From Tubulanus polymorphus (lineage: Eukaryota; Animalia; Nemertea): DNA of 64,000 nucleotides. The stretch is taken from positions 15,115,807 to 15,179,806 of the forward strand of contig NC_134031.1 in NCBI RefSeq assembly GCF_964204645.1, read 5' to 3'. Below the pieces are notes generated by a model. The model saw only the letters and a list, made by a program, of their open reading frames with translations. It had not been told where the DNA came from and did not search any database. How positions within the stretch are numbered: the stretch's first letter is position 1; every line of letters begins with the position of its first letter. This document shows, one piece after another, positions 27,170 through 39,336 of the stretch. Both the position numbers and the translations under genes were made by a program.

Positions 27170-27610
27170 GTTACACAGTTCTGATTCCAGTTCCACGGGT
27201 CTGTATCCAGTTCCATAGGTCTGTATCCAGTTCCATAGGTCTGTATCCAGTTCTACAGGTCTGGATCCAGTTCCACAGTTCTGGATTTAATGGAACTGAC
27301 TGGTAGGTTTAACCCCTAAACTACTTATATCAATATCAGTTACACAGTTCTGATTCCAGTTCCACAGGTCTGTATCCAGTTCCACAGGTCTGTATCCAGT
27401 TCCACAGTTCTGGATCCAATTCCACAGGTCTGTATCCAGTTCCACAGTTCTGGATTCAATGCCACAGTTCTGAACTGAGTTCCACAGTTCTGAATCCAGT
27501 TCCACAGTTCTGAACTCATTTCCACAGTTCTGAACTCATTTCCACAGTTCTGAAATCAGTTCCACAGTTCTGGACCCAGTTCCACAGTTCTGGATCCAAT
27601 TCCACAGTCC
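27170..27610. repeat. 20-bp minisatellite including a duplicated exon end
   Basis: Repeated tccagttccacagttctgga; 27290-27365 copies 27121-27195. Confidence 0.9.
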
Positions 27611-28375
27611 TAAAACCGGGTTCTATTGAACTGTCCAGGAACTATCCTGGTTGAAAACTACATGTCCAACAGCAGGTGTTCACTAATTTCATAAACAATA
27701 AATATCAATACGCATTAAATCAAGTGACATTTGAACAATTGTGGTGCTTACAACTTCAGCAGTCAACAAGCTGTTTCAAATCATCAACTGCATTTAAACT
27801 GTCTCCAGGCGTGTGCGTACACGTGTGCGCCCACTGGCACACAGAAATCCGTATAAAATACGTTCATTACTATAAATATTATTTATTCATTTCCACTGTG
27901 CCCTGTTGATCGGAAAGTTCAAGTAGAAAATATTGGATAATATTCAGTTTCCGGTTGCTTTTGACCGACTGAAACCTGCCGAGGACGACGACGATCAAAA
28001 CCACCTGAGCGAGACTGGAAATTGTTAAACCGAAGAAAAACTTCAAAAATAAATCAGTCGAGCGAAATGTCGTTATTCTTAACGCGCACATTCGTAGGGT
28101 GTAAATATTTTTTGAATTTCATTCTCGTACGAAATCTTGGATTGTAACTTCTAAATCGAGGTTGTATTATTAGTCACGACTAAAGGACTTCGAGAAATAA
28201 GCGACTAAGAGGACTCGGAGGTCACACTAGGAGGTCACATACGTAGAAATAAATCTCTTATCTTACTGAATGCATTCTCGAACTTCACCGGGTTTTTATT
28301 GCCTCGTAAAAACACATTATTGCGAACCATTAAAACTATACTGAACTGTATAAACGGCTATACGGGGAGATGTGT

Positions 28376-28655
28376 GGATTCGACCAGCTCGGGATCGCTG
28401 GATTTAGCCTGCCCGGAGTCCCTGGATTCACCTTGCTCGGAATCGCTGGATTCACCTTGCTCGGAATCGCTGGATTCAACTTGCTCGTAATCGCTGGATT
28501 CAGCCGGCTCGTAAACGCTAGATTCAGCCTACCCGGAGTCTTTGGATGCAGCCTGCCCTGAATCTTTGGATTTAGCCTGCCTGATATCGCTATATTCAGC
28601 CAGCTCAGAGTCCCTGGATTTGACCTGCCCGAAGTCACTGGATTCAGCCTGCACA
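28376..28655. repeat. Degenerate 24-bp tandem repeat, about 12 units
   Basis: GGATT recurs every 24 nt; unit like ggattcagcctgcccggagtccct. Confidence 0.8.
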
Positions 28656-29444
28656 ATGTCGCCTGGTATAAACAAATAGCCCCACCTAGGGTTAGCACGT
28701 GGTCATTAACCCTGGCTTCTGATTAGCCTGAGCTAGTCACCTGAAATAAACAAGCTAGGTCAATGGCCCAATTGGTTACTATGGGCACTGAGTTTGAAAA
28801 ATAACCTCGCCTCATTAACCCCTCACTTGGAAAATCCCTTTACCTCACCAGCCCCTCACCCCCACCCCACCTCATCAACCCCTCATACCAGCTCTTCACC
28901 TCAACCCCTCACTTTACCAGCCCCCTCACTTGGAAACACCCTTTACCTCGCCAGCCCCTTACCTCATCAACCCCTCACTTCACCAGCCCCTCACCTCATC
29001 AACGTCCCCTCACTTCACCACTCCTTCACTTGGAAACTCCTTTTACCATCCTCTAATAATCTTCGCTAAAGTAATAATACATAACATCAATATATCATAG
29101 TGTAATATCTGAAATCAATGCCCTAATTAACCAACAGGATACTGTCTGATATCTGAAACATAATCTCTCCCCTCCCCCCTCTCTCTCCCTCTAGCTGTTA
29201 GTGAGTGCCCTTACTGCACTCTGAGAAACCTGCTCTCCGTACAGTACCGTGTATACCCCGTACATAACAGCGCATGATCATAAAATATAAGTTATGGTTT
29301 TATTTGTCAGTGTAAATATTCCACATGATTTTTAATGTCGTTGACGTCCTATAAAATCATGTGCAGCGTGAAACAATAAAATGATATTAATACATATAAA
29401 TAGAATATATACCACTCCTATAATATAGATTAACACCAGCATGA

Positions 29445-30816
29445 AGTTATACCCCCTATAGCTCATGGCAATACTCCCTACTTCCTGAGTTTACCCGCTA
29501 GCTCCTGATTATACCCCCTACAGCTCGTGGTTATACTCCCTAATTCCTGAGTTTACCCCCTAGCTCCTGAGTATACCCCCTATAGCTCGTGGTTATACCC
29601 CCTAGTTCCTGAGTTTACCCCCTAGCTCCTGAGTATACCCCCTATAGCTCGTGGTTATACCCCCTAGTTCCTGAGTTTACCCCCTACAGCTCGTGGTTAT
29701 ACTCCCAACTTCCTGAGTTTTCCCCCTACAGCTCATGGTTATACCCCCTACAGCTCGTGGTTATTCCCCCTAGTTCCTGAGTTTACCCCCTAGCTCCTGA
29801 GTATACCCCCTATAGCTCGTGGTTATACCCCCTAGTTCCTGAGTTTACCCCCTAGCTCCTGAGTATACCCCCTATAGCTCGTGGTTATACCCCCTAGTTC
29901 CTGAGTTTACCCCCTACAGCTCGTGGTTATACTCCCAACTTCCTGAGTTTTCCCCCTACAGCTCATGGTTATACCCCCTACAGCTCGTGGTTATACCCCC
30001 TAGTTCCTGAGTTTACCCCCTAGCTCCTGAGTATACCCCCTATAGCTTGTGGTTATACCCCCTAGTTCCTGAGTTTACCCCCTAGCTCCTGAGTATACCC
30101 CCTATAGCTCGTGGTTATACCCCCTAGTTCCTGAGTTTACCCCCTAGCTCCTGAGTATACCCCCTATAGCTCGTGGTTATACCCCCTAGTTCCTGAGTTT
30201 ACCCCCTACAGCTCGTGGTTATACTCCCAACTTCCTGAGTTTTCCCCCTACAGCTCCTGATTATACCCCCTACAGCTCGTGGTTATACTCCCTAGTTCCT
30301 GAGTTTACCCCCTAGCTCCTGAGTATACCCCCTATAGCTCGTGGTTATACCCCCTAGTTCCTGAGTTTACCCCCTAGCTCCTGAGTATACCCCCTATAGC
30401 TCGTGGTTATACCCCCTAGTTCCTGAGTTTACCCCCTAGCTCCTGATTATACCCCCTACAGCTCGTGGTTATACCCCCTAGTTCCTGAGTTTACCCCCTA
30501 TAGCTCGTGGTTATACTCCCTAGTTCCTGAGTTTACCCCCTAGCTCCTGAGTATACCCCCTACAGCTCGTGGTTATACCCCCTAGTTCCTGAGTTTACCC
30601 CCTAGCTCCTGATTATACCCCCTACAGCTCGTGGTTATATTCCCTAGTTCCTGAGTTTACCCCCTAGCTCCTGAGTATACCCCCTACAGCTCGTGGTTAT
30701 ACCCCCTAGTTCCTGAGTTCACCCCTAGCTCCTGAGTATACCCCCTACAGCTCGTGGTTATACCCCCTAGTTCCTGAGTTTACCCCCTAGCTCCTGATTA
30801 TACCCCCTACAGCTCA
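29445..30816. repeat. Minisatellite with 20/22-bp subunits in ~62-bp higher-order units
   Basis: gtggttataccccctagttcct / gagtttaccccctagctcct / gagtataccccctatagctc repeated. Confidence 0.95.
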
Positions 30817-31299
30817 GTTATATCACTTGAACCTACTTTTGACCAACACTGACCTCTGGCTGGACCTTATTTAAACCCAGTGGCTAGTTGAGGCTTAGAT
30901 TTACGACCATAAGTCTAGGCCGTAATTTAGTTTAACCCTTTCATATCTGCACTCGTGACTAATCAATAAATCTATCAATGAATTCCTTATTATATCACTA
31001 CTCTCACGGGTCATGTGATTAAATGTGTCAATGATTTAGAGAGGGGCGGAACCGTTACCGGGCAACGCAACAATTAATTAATCGTTGTTAGATACGCGAT
31101 AATTACATATATCCATACGTGTACTATTAGGAACAGTAGGCGGGGGGCAAGTGAGGGCAGTTTTATTGCCGATACGCGACGATACGCCACAATACGAAAT
31201 CAGAAATGGTTTTTTTTATATCGATATGTCATGATATTTAGAAAATTGAATGAATTGATGAAATGATTGATTCGAAGTTGGATTAATAAGTGTGTCAGT

Positions 31300-31405
31300 A
31301 TTGGTGCTGGTGCTAGTGCTCGTACTGGTGCTGGTGCTAGTTCTCGTACTGGTGCTAGTGCTCGTACTGGTGCTGGTGCTGGTGCTGGTGCTGGTCTGGT
31401 GCTGC
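31300..31405. repeat. (GGTGCT)n hexamer repeat
   Basis: Directly visible. Confidence 0.85.
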
Positions 31406-31849
31406 TGACATATTTTGTTCCCCTTTTTCGTAAAAACTGAGTAATTGTTTTGATTCTGGTTTGTTGAGAATGCACGCGGTCTGCTCGGAGGTTGTTATAA
31501 CAAACTGCACCCGATATCAAACACGTTTTATATAAAATATTGCAATCGAGAAAATCTGTAACATTCTTACAACAATACATCGGATACAATAAGGGTATTC
31601 TCTACACAGTATGAACGCCGGCCTGTTCTGTGTGAATCTATAAGTTTTACACGTTGATAATGATTGCATCGGTCGTCGTCGTACATTAGGCTTTAGAGAT
31701 AAAAGTTAAATTGTTCTATTATTTGAACATGTTTCGGTCCATTAGAATCTGTGAACGACTGTGAAAAAAAAGATAGAAAAATAATGAAAACATAAGTGTT
31801 GAATTGAATTCATATGATGAGAGAAACAAAGACAACACATCTCGCCTTC

Positions 31850-32720
31850 TTTCCCTCACTCATCCCCTCTAATCAGTACTCCCCTCTTCCTCCCCTCCAT
31901 TCAGTACTCCCCTCCCCACCACCATTCAGCACACTACTATCTCCCTCCCCTTCTTTCAGGATACCCATCTCCCCTTTCCCCTCCATTCAGTACTCCCCTC
32001 TCCTCTCTCCCTTCCATTCATTACTCCCCTTCCCCACCACCATTCAGCACACTCCTATCTCCCTCCCCTTCTTTCAGGATACCCATCTCCCCTTTCCCCT
32101 CCATTTAGTACTCCCCTCCCCACCCACTATTCATCACACTCCTCTCTCCCTCCCCTTCTTTCAGGATACCCATCTCCCCTTTCCCCTCCATTCAGTACTC
32201 CCCTCCCCACCCACTATTCATCACACTCCTCTCTCCCTCCCCTTCTTTCAGGATACCCATCTCCCCTTTCCCCTCCATTCAGCACTCCCCTCTCCTCTCT
32301 CCCTTCCATTCATTACTCCCCTTCCCCACCACCATTCAGCACACTCCTATCTCCCTCCCCTTCTTTCAGGATACCCATCTCCCCTTTCCCCCATATTCAG
32401 TACTCCCCTCTCCTCTCTCCCTTTCATTCAGTACTCCCCCTCCCCACCACCATTCAGCACACTCCTATCTCCCTCCCCTTCTTTCAGGATACCCATCTCC
32501 CCTTTCCCCTCCATTCAGCACTCCCCTCTCCCGATCCTTCATTTAGCACTCCTCTCCCCCTCCCCTCCATTCAGCACTCCCCTCTCCCGATCCTTCATTA
32601 AGCACACTCCTCCCCCTCCTCTCCATTCAGCCCTCCCCTCTCCCCATACTTCATTCAGTACTCCCTCTCCTCCCTCCCCTCCATTCAGTACTCCCCTCTC
32701 CCCACCCTTCATCCAGTACT
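31850..32720. repeat. C-rich tandem repeat with ~80-bp units
   Basis: Repeated ctccctccccttctttcaggatacccatctcccctttcccctccattcag. Confidence 0.9.
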
Positions 32721-33105
32721 CCTTATTACTTATTATCGATGATGACGGGTTTTGTAAGAGTTCAATATTGAACAGTTTTCAATCAATAACAATAACGTTG
32801 TGTGTGTGTGTGTCGTGTTGCCGAGAGCTCTATACGATGTGTACTAATTGATTATTGCTTCTGTATACTGTGACATGTCTCAAGGGGGTGAAAGGGTGAG
32901 TGAGACTGACAGGTAAGAGAGAGAGGTGAGAGGGAGTGGACGAGCAAAGAAACCATAGATTTTTATACAAAAGGACACTTTTCCTAGAGGACATTTTGTT
33001 TTGATATTGGAAGTCACCCCTGATGGATCCAACCCTGACTGACTTTCTCTTCTCTCCCTCTCTCTCTCTCTTCTCTCTCCTTTCTATTCTGCTACACTTC
33101 ATTCA

Positions 33106-34039
33106 TTTTTATGCCCCCCTGACAGAACTTAAGTTGAGAGGGCGCATATAGATTTTCCCCCATCAGAATAGGCTGCTGCCACAAGTGACGTTAACAGCCC
33201 GAGGGCCAATGATTTTCAAACTTGGTACAGAAGTAGGGCACCACTCAGGGCAGAACTCTTTCTAAAGTTGGGTCGATGCGATTCAAATTATGACCACTAG
33301 AAGGTGACATGAAAAAAAGATGTAAACACTCTAGAGGCTGCAGTTCTCAATTATTTTTTCAAACTCTGTAAAAAATTGGGTCGATTCAAATAATAATGGC
33401 CACCAGGAGGCGACATGAGAAAAAGATCTAGAGAGTCTAGAGGCTAGTTGGCAAACAAATTTTTTCAAACTCACTAATAAATTGGGTCGATTCAAAATAA
33501 GACGACCAGGGGAAACTGTTGACCAATTTTCTAAACTTCGTACACGCGTATAGGGCATCACTTAATGCAGAACCCTAGTGAAAATGGGGTTAATTTGATT
33601 CATATTTCCGTCTCCAAGGGGAACACATGCAAAAAGTGGTTTAACAGCCGAGCGGCAGCAATATTGTCCTCCGATTTTTGTTTCAAACTCGCAGGGCCGC
33701 CAACAGCTCCTTTCTGGCCACAGAAACGCCCGCTAAAATGCAGCGTTTCTGTGGGGCGTACAACGGAATACGGCCTGCTTCTTTTTTTTAAAATCTCAGT
33801 TAGTACGGGGAAACACCAATTGAATACGCTCAGTCGCATTATAGTCCGTTCCCATCATCGTACGGTAATCTGACATAAATACGCATGCTCAACCTTTGTC
33901 CAATATCATTCTTATAGAAATGATTGCGGACTCGATATTTCCAATGCATTCATTGCAATCCCTGTAACTTCACGTGTCAGGCAGGGAATTTCAGGCCAGG
34001 GGGCGGGGCATTCATTCGAGGCTTTTCCTCGTTCTAGTT
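33106..34039 (+). mobile_element. Helentron/DINE-1-like non-autonomous element
   Basis: 5' tttttATGCCCCC with nearby partner gagggcgcata; 3' GGGGCAT sub-terminal repeat, hairpin CGAGG-cttt-t-CCTCG, then CTAGTT. Confidence 0.55.
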
Positions 34040-35081
34040 GTTTAACATTTAAAACTGGAAACAAAATTTTTACGAATTCATGTTTCGTCGAACTGTATTC
34101 TCTGAGTTAGAGTATTTCACGTCAATTGTTGTTTCGACAAGAATGAATACAGATAGTTAGATGTTACATCCGACGATAGCCGCGTGGATCCATCAACCAG
34201 TCCACCGCACCCGGCGTCGTGTTCGTTCCCGGAAGGAGTCCGCCGCTCCGTTGCGCCCCTGTTTTATTTATTTTCGCTTCCGTTTTACGATGAAGCCATC
34301 GCGTGTCTGTTATACGCAGAATTTACACCCCGTTCTAAAATACTGCGCGTTTCGTAAATCTTCGGTTTTTTCTTTTTTTCGTGGTACAGGTGAAGAGAGG
34401 GGGAGTGAGAGGGAGAGAGTGGGGGGACTGCTGCCGCGTGTGTGCACTCTCTCACTTTTACTAATAAACATTCACCCGTTGTAACAATGAGAAACCGCGG
34501 TGTTTAACGGAATTTTAAAAATACGTGTCTGACTAGGCGAATTATCGGGGTTTCGACATTATTATTAAAAGTATTTAGAATAAACTGCGATATATAGCGC
34601 CGCGTCGTGCGACGCTATTGGATAAAATATTGAACCGCGAGTTATTTTTACCAAACCTCTCTCTCTCCATTTCTTTCTCGTCGAACAGTGGGGGTCTGAA
34701 TTCCCGCGTAACAAATATCGCAATATAATTTCAATACGAGCGCCACATGTGACAAAATCAATGAAAAATTGCGCTTAGCATGACGTACACATCATCAATA
34801 CGACTTAATCGGTCTTTTACAAAAAATCAATTTATATCCGTACAATTTGCTTTTGTGTCGCGCTCGCATTCTTATAGTCGCCTGTATTATGTTACTATCG
34901 CATATTTGTCACTAAGGCCAGTGTAAAATGTGTGTTTATTAGCTGTTCATGGTGAGGGGCGCGTCCCGTCTATCCGGAGAGTGTTGTGAATACCATTCTA
35001 TTGAGTTATCTAAGTGACAGGTGAACTCGGTTCTATTTACACTGACAGTCAGCGGGGAGTTTGTTTTAACAAGTGCCCCTT

Positions 35082-37228
35082 GAGTGCATCTGAGGTGTTA
35101 CTTTGGTATCAGAATGCATCTGAGGTAATACTACGGTATCAGAGTGTATTTGAGGTGTAACTGTAGCATCAGAATGTACCTGAGGTGTAACTGTGGTATC
35201 AGAGTGTATTTGAGGTGTAACTGTGGTATCAGAGTGTATTTGAGGTGTAACTGTAGCATCAGAGTGTATTTGAGGTGTAACTGTGGTATCAGAGTGTATT
35301 TGAGGTGTAACTGTGGCATCAGAGTGTATTTGAGGTGTTACTGTGGCATCAGAGTGTATTTGAGGTGTAACTGTGGTATCAGAGTGTATTTGAGGTGTAA
35401 CTGTGGTATCAGAGTGTATTTGAGGTGTAACTGTGGTATCAGAGTGTATTTGGGGTGTTACTGTGGCATCAGAGTGTATTTGAGGTGTAACTGTGGTATC
35501 AGAGTGTATTTGAGGTGTAACTGTGGTATCAGAGTGTATTTGAGGTGTAACTGTGGCATCAGAGTGTATTTGAGGTGTTACTGTAGCATCAGAGTGTATT
35601 TGAGGTGTAACTGTGGTATCAGATTGTATTTGAGGTGTAACTGTGGTATCAGAGTGTATTTGAGGTGTTACTGTAGCATCAGAGTGTATTTGAGGTGTAA
35701 CTGTGGTATCAGAGTGTATTTGAGGTGTAACTGCGGTATCAGAGTGTATCTGAGGTGTAACTGCGGTATCAGAGTGTATCTGAGGTGTAACTGCGGTATC
35801 AGAGTGTATTTGAGGTGTAACTGTGGTATCAGAGTGCATTTGAGGTGTAACTGTGGTATCAGAGTGTATTTGAGGTGTAACTGTGGTATCAGATTGTATT
35901 TGAGGTGTAACTGTGGTATCAGAGTGCATTTGAGGTGTAACTGTGGTGTCAGAGTGCATTTGAGGTGTAACTGTGGTATCAGAGTGTATTTGAGGTGTAA
36001 CTGTGGTATCAGATTGTATTTGAGGTGTAACTGTGGTATCAGAATGCATTTGAGGTGTAACTGTGGTATCAAAGTGTATTTGAGGTGTAACTGTGGTATC
36101 AGAGTGCATTTGAGGTGTAACTGTGGTATCAGAATGCATTTGAGGTGTAACTGTGGTATCAGAGTGTATTTGAGGTGTAACTGTGGTATCAGAATGCATT
36201 TGAGGTGTAACTGTGGTATCAGAGTGTATTTGAGGTGTAACTGTGGTATTAGAATGCATTTGAGGTGTAACTGTGGTATCAGAGTGCATTTGAGGTGTAA
36301 CTGTGGTATCAGAGTGTATTTGAGGTGTAACTATGGTATCAGATTGTATTTGAGGTGTAACTGTGGTATCAGAGTGCATTTGAGGTGTAACTGTGGTATT
36401 AGAATGCATTTGAGGTGTAACTGTGGTATCAGATTGTATTTGAGGTGTAACTGTGGTATCAGAATGCATTTGAGGTGTAACTGTGGTATCAGAGTGTATT
36501 TGAGGTGTAACTGTGGTATCAGATTGTATTTGAGGTGTAACTGTGGTATTAGAATGCATTTGAGGTGTAACTGGTATCAGAGTGCATCTGAGGTAATACT
36601 ACGGTATCAGAATGCATCTGAGGTGTAACTGTGGTATCAGATTGTATTTGAGGTGTAACTGTGGTATCAGAGTCTATCTAAAGGTGTAACTACGGTATCA
36701 GAATGCATCTGAGGTGTAACTGTGGTATTAGGATGCATCTGAGGTGTAACTGCGGTATCAGAGTGCATCTGAGGTAATACTACGGTATCAGATTGTATTT
36801 GATGTGTTACTGTAGCATCAGAATGTATCTGAGGTTTTACTGTAGCATCAGAGTGCATCTGAGGTGTAACTGTGGTATTAAGATGCATCTGAGGTGTAAC
36901 TGCAGTATCAGAGTGCATCTGAGGTAATACTACGGTATCAGATTGTATTTGAGGTGTTACTGTAGCATCAGAATGTATCTGAGGTGTTACTGTAGCATCA
37001 GAGTGCATCTGAGGTGTAACTGTGGTATTAGGATGCATCTGAGGTGTAACTGCGGTATCAGAGTGCATCTGAGGAAATACTACGTTATCTGAGTGTATCT
37101 GAGGTGTAACTGTGGTATCAGAGTGCATCTGAGGTGTAACTGTGGTATCAGAATGTATCTGAAGTGTTACTATAGTATCAGAATGTATCTGAAGTGTTAC
37201 TGTAGTATCAGAGTGCATTTGAGGTACA
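35082..37228. repeat. 30-bp satellite, about 70 copies, in TREX-like intron
   Basis: Unit agagtgtatttgaggtgtaactgtggtatc. Confidence 0.97.
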
Positions 37229-38339
37229 CCTGCAGGGTAGGAGAGACACCTGCAAGTGAGGAGAGACACCTGCAGGGAAGAGACACTATTCGACACTGTG
37301 TTTCTGATCGCTTATCACGAAATTCATCGCCACATTTTTTTCGCATGAAAATGAAACTAACATTTAGTTGATCAGTTAGTCAGTAGATGGCAGCAGTGGT
37401 AGGGTATTAGATACAGCGAGCGAGAGAGAGCGGAGAGAGTTTTATGAGCGGGTCACATGGTGCACTTGACTGATTATCCAACAGTATTTTTATCGGTTAT
37501 GATATCTGAGAACACTTCTCTCTGTCTCTGCCTGCCCTACCCTTATAACGGTTTATACAGCCATCAACATATCTAACATTTAAGCATGTTATTGACCCCT
37601 GTTATATAAAAAAATATATTTACATGACCCAGAATTAAGACTCTGGTCTCACAGTTGTCCAGTTAGAAATTGACAATTGACAAAAAACTGACAGTTCTTT
37701 CAACCATTTTAAGGCTATTGAAATTGTGGAAATAATGTGGAATTGTGGAACTTTAGAACTGGATCAGATATATCGCAATGACGATGTTGTAATCGTTCCA
37801 AAAATATGTTAATAACTCCTAGATATGCAAATGAGCGGTTTTTAATATGCAAATGACCTCGGTGCAAGTCGTAATAAAACGGTAATCGCTTGAATATTGT
37901 GTTTTATGAATGTCACGCTTCGTTCTGGGAAAAGTGATAAATTTTTATTTTATCAAAGATCAAGGAAAAGTGAAGCAGATAATTTCGGAGAAGTGTGATC
38001 GAAACGGGTCATAATAGACTCGAGAGTGTTTCTTTCCCTTCTTTCCCCTCCCTCCCCATGTGATCTCCCTCCTCCCCTCGTGACCTCGCTCCCCTCCTCA
38101 CATGCTCCCCGTCCTTCCCATGTGACCTCCCTTCCCATGTGACCCCCTCCTTCCCACGTGACCTCCCTCTTCTCCGTGTGACCCCTCTAACATTAACGCA
38201 GCTCATTCTCGGTACATAGCAATTCAGACCTCGATAAAATAAGATGCATTTATAAAAAAAAGTGCGCAACTTTATTGCGATGATGTAATCGGCAGAGAGA
38301 GAGTCGTAGATCATAGTAATAGCAGTTTACAACGGGTGC

Positions 38340-38576
38340 ATTAACCCTTCACTCTCTCTCTCTCTACTTCACTCGTGCTGGTACTCCTCGCATGAACCCT
38401 CATTCCACTCATTCCACTCGTACTGGTACTGCTCGCATAAACCCTCATTCCACTTGCTCCACTCGCACTGGTACTCCTCGCGTGAACCTTCATTCCACTC
38501 ACTCATTCACTCGCACTTTTTCTCGTACTCCTCGCAATAAACCCTCATTCCACTCATTCACTCGTGCTGGTACTCA
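38340..38576. repeat. Degenerate ~45-bp tandem repeat
   Basis: Repeated cactcgtgctggtactcctcgcat..aaccctcattcc. Confidence 0.7.
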
Positions 38577-38849
38577 GGAGAGGGGTAGAAGCATGGTTAT
38601 TGCACTGAACTGCGCTATATCATAGATCACACCTCCAACCACCCAGCCACCCGCCCGTCCTCCCGTCAGCCTGGCTCAATGTCTGGTTGATTTAAGAGCA
38701 GTTGCAGCCATATTTATGAGTGAGTCTCACTCGGCTCGGGAGTGCGCTGCCTGCAGGTCTATGAGGTCATCGGTGTAAATTCAAGCTACATTTATGGCTA
38801 ATCGTAGAGTACATCATACACAGTGTGCTGCATTAGATTAATAGACTGG

Positions 38850-39245
38850 CACTTATCTGAACCCGACAATTATCTGAACCTAACGATTGTCTGAACTTGA
38901 CAATTGTCTGAATCCCATTGTCTGAACCCCAGAATTGTCTAAATCCTACAATTGTCTGAACACCACAATTGTCTGAACACCACAATTGTCTAAATCCTAC
39001 AATTGCCTGGACCCGGAATTGTCTAAATCCTACAATTGCCTGGACCCAGAATTGTCTGAACCCCAGAATTTTCTAAACCCCAGAATTGTCTAAATCCCAC
39101 AATTGTCTGAACCCACAATTGTCTGAATCATACAATTGTCTGAACCCACAATTGTCTGAACACCACAATTTTCTAAATCCTACAATTGCCTGAATCCAAT
39201 AATTGTCTAAACCCACAATTGCCTGAACCCCACAATTGTCTGAAT
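38850..39245. repeat. ~17-bp minisatellite
   Basis: Repeated acaattgtctgaaccc(c); ends about 90 nt before the TREX exon 2 acceptor. Confidence 0.9.
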
Positions 39246-39336
39246 TTCACAAATGTGTGAACGCACAATTTTTCCTCAAATGATTTTTCATAGAGTTTTT
39301 CCTCAAATAATTTTTCGTATATATTTCTAATTTCAG

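Noticed and set aside
31814-32851. 345-aa Pro/Ser/Leu-rich ORF, and similar ORFs at 16647, 23507 and 28794
   Set aside because: Translations of C/T-rich low-complexity repeats.
35066-37296. ~495-aa ORFs on both strands (HSDTTVTPQI / RVYLRCNCGI repeats)
   Set aside because: By-product of a stop-free 30-bp satellite; no unique flanking coding sequence, and the frame breaks at a 2-nt deletion near 36570.
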